Source: Phoronis australis (lineage: Eukaryota > Animalia > Phoronida). Taken from it: a stretch of DNA of 64,000 bases. Shown piece by piece: positions 62,386-64,000 of this stretch (position 1 is the stretch's first letter; the number at the start of each line of letters is the position of its first letter). Location: assembly GCA_002633005.1 (NCBI GenBank), contig NMRA01000019.1, positions 584,343 to 648,342 on the forward strand, written 5' to 3'. Under the pieces are notes generated by a model. The model was given only the letters and a program-made list of their open reading frames with translations, was not told where the DNA came from and did not search any database. A program made the translations under genes and the position numbers.

Positions 62386-64000
62386 CATCTACCATCGTGG
62401 TTCAGTTTGCGCAAATGCTTACAGCCGGACAAAATGTTGCCCCCCCCTTGTGTTCCTAGATCCCCCCCGCCACTGTCATTATCCCACTCACTCGGTAAAC
62501 GCCAGAAATTTATAACATGCACTATTAGTACTGCGCATGCGCTAAATCTTGCCAACAGCTGCCAAATATCAGCGTCATTGGTGAAAAATTTTCCACGTCT
62601 CTTGAAGTTTGAAGTTTGCCCCCATGTTAACGGGCGGAAGCCAATATTTGAGCGCATAGCTCATTTTGAAGTCAAGTTAGTGGCTGAATTCAGTTTGCCA
62701 TCGGATTTGCCGATCCTAGGTGACTACCGTGACGTACAGGAGTACTCAGAGGTTGCTGATCCAAATTTCATGCTGTTTTTCGAAAAATTTTCCACGTCAC
62801 TTGCAGTGTTCAGAAAATCCACGCACAGTGCTGTGAGATGAAATGTTGCCGATCGCCTGGCTGTCTTGCAATGTAATTTGCACTCTGTAGATGAGAGAGA
62901 TTTGCTCAGAATCGGTAAGAAACTGTTATGTTCATTTTCTCATCCGGTATGAATTTAGAAATATTTTCGAAGTTTGAAAAAAGTCGGGCCCGGGGGATTC
63001 TACTCCGCACTGAGTTTTATGTAGGTTTCGCCTGTGAGTAGTTGATACTCATCTTCAAAATATGTTATTTCGTTTTTTGTGATCCACAGTACGTTGTCCT
63101 TCGTCTTAATTCAATACTGTTACTTAGGAGTGGATTCCGCACACAAATTTGTATTGGCAAACATCTGAAAATTAATAAAAAGCGCTTACCACTTGTCAGC
63201 CCGCGCTTATGCAAGGCGCGGCTGGCTGCGTTCAGTTCACTTTTGTTGTGGTTATGTGTACAAGTTAACTTAGAGCTGTGACCCCAATGACCCAGCTAGC
63301 ACTGTCATACTGTAGATTGTGGAATTCCAGAAATTCCAAACACTGTGTTTGAAACTTGACAAATTTGCTCTAGCGCCCAAGCTTCCTGACCTTTAACCTA
63401 ATTGTGCGCTGTTATGATTGGTTAGCGACATGGCGCTAAGCGTCACCCAGCGGATCAAAAATGTTACCAATTTCTGGAGTTAAGTTGGACACAGACTGTG
63501 TGATTGGGCTAAGCCTTTTCAAACTAGGGTGTATAAAGCAGTGGAGCGTGAAACACCTGAGGTCCCTGTCAAGTCCTCACGACAATTCTACGTAGGCCTA
63601 ATGTAGATGGGGCGGTAGCCGCGCCAGCACGCGTGCTGGGTGGGCTAAGCATGCCGGGAACCAGCGAGTAATGTCTATGCATGAACCATTCGATGGTGGC
63701 CAATATGCTCCGACACAAAAAACCTCGTCCTAAAGGACCCATATAATACCAAAGATATTATATCTTGGGTACCAATAAAATCTTTGATAATACTCAAGGC
63801 TGTTCGCCGGGCGGCACGTGCGGGGGAGGGTCGGTGGCTTTAGAGCGGGAATTGCAACAGAAGTGGCTTTTGGAGGTGGTGGCTGATGTTGATGAGAGCA
63901 TAGGCGTCCTCAGCCCTGTCCCCAATACACATATAATACTACTAGGTATGACACTCCCGACCAGAAATTCCACTGATGCTTCACTTCAGTCGTCCATATC

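Noticed and set aside
62144-62841. 216-aa and other ORFs spanning the N gap
   Set aside because: Length is inflated by Ns and no domain was recognised.

Overview
AT-rich, intron-containing animal genomic DNA, most likely an invertebrate bilaterian; the exact taxon cannot be fixed from this window. Three spliced protein-coding genes can be rebuilt by hand with consistent GT-AG phases. (1) Hhex/Hex (PRH) homeobox gene, + strand, 4 coding exons, 22117-31947, alone in a ~39 kb CpG-rich region. (2) ENPP4/5-like nucleotide pyrophosphatase/phosphodiesterase, - strand, 3 coding exons, 45279-41513. (3) Heparanase (GH79), + strand, 10 coding exons, 48316-58985, head-to-head with the ENPP gene and lacking the vertebrate inhibitory linker. 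The rest is non-coding DNA with several MITE families, decayed THAP and KolX-like transposon gene fragments, micro- and minisatellites, and two assembly gaps (N at 46009; 64 N at 62322-62385). The most unusual items are: a palindromic double-tRNA element with a 14-bp target-site duplication; two tandem arrays built from real splice-site sequence in neighbouring genes; a convergent THAP/KolX-like relic; an E-box minisatellite upstream of Hhex; and the linker-less heparanase. No clearly new multi-gene system is evident. All family assignments come from motif recognition, not database searches.
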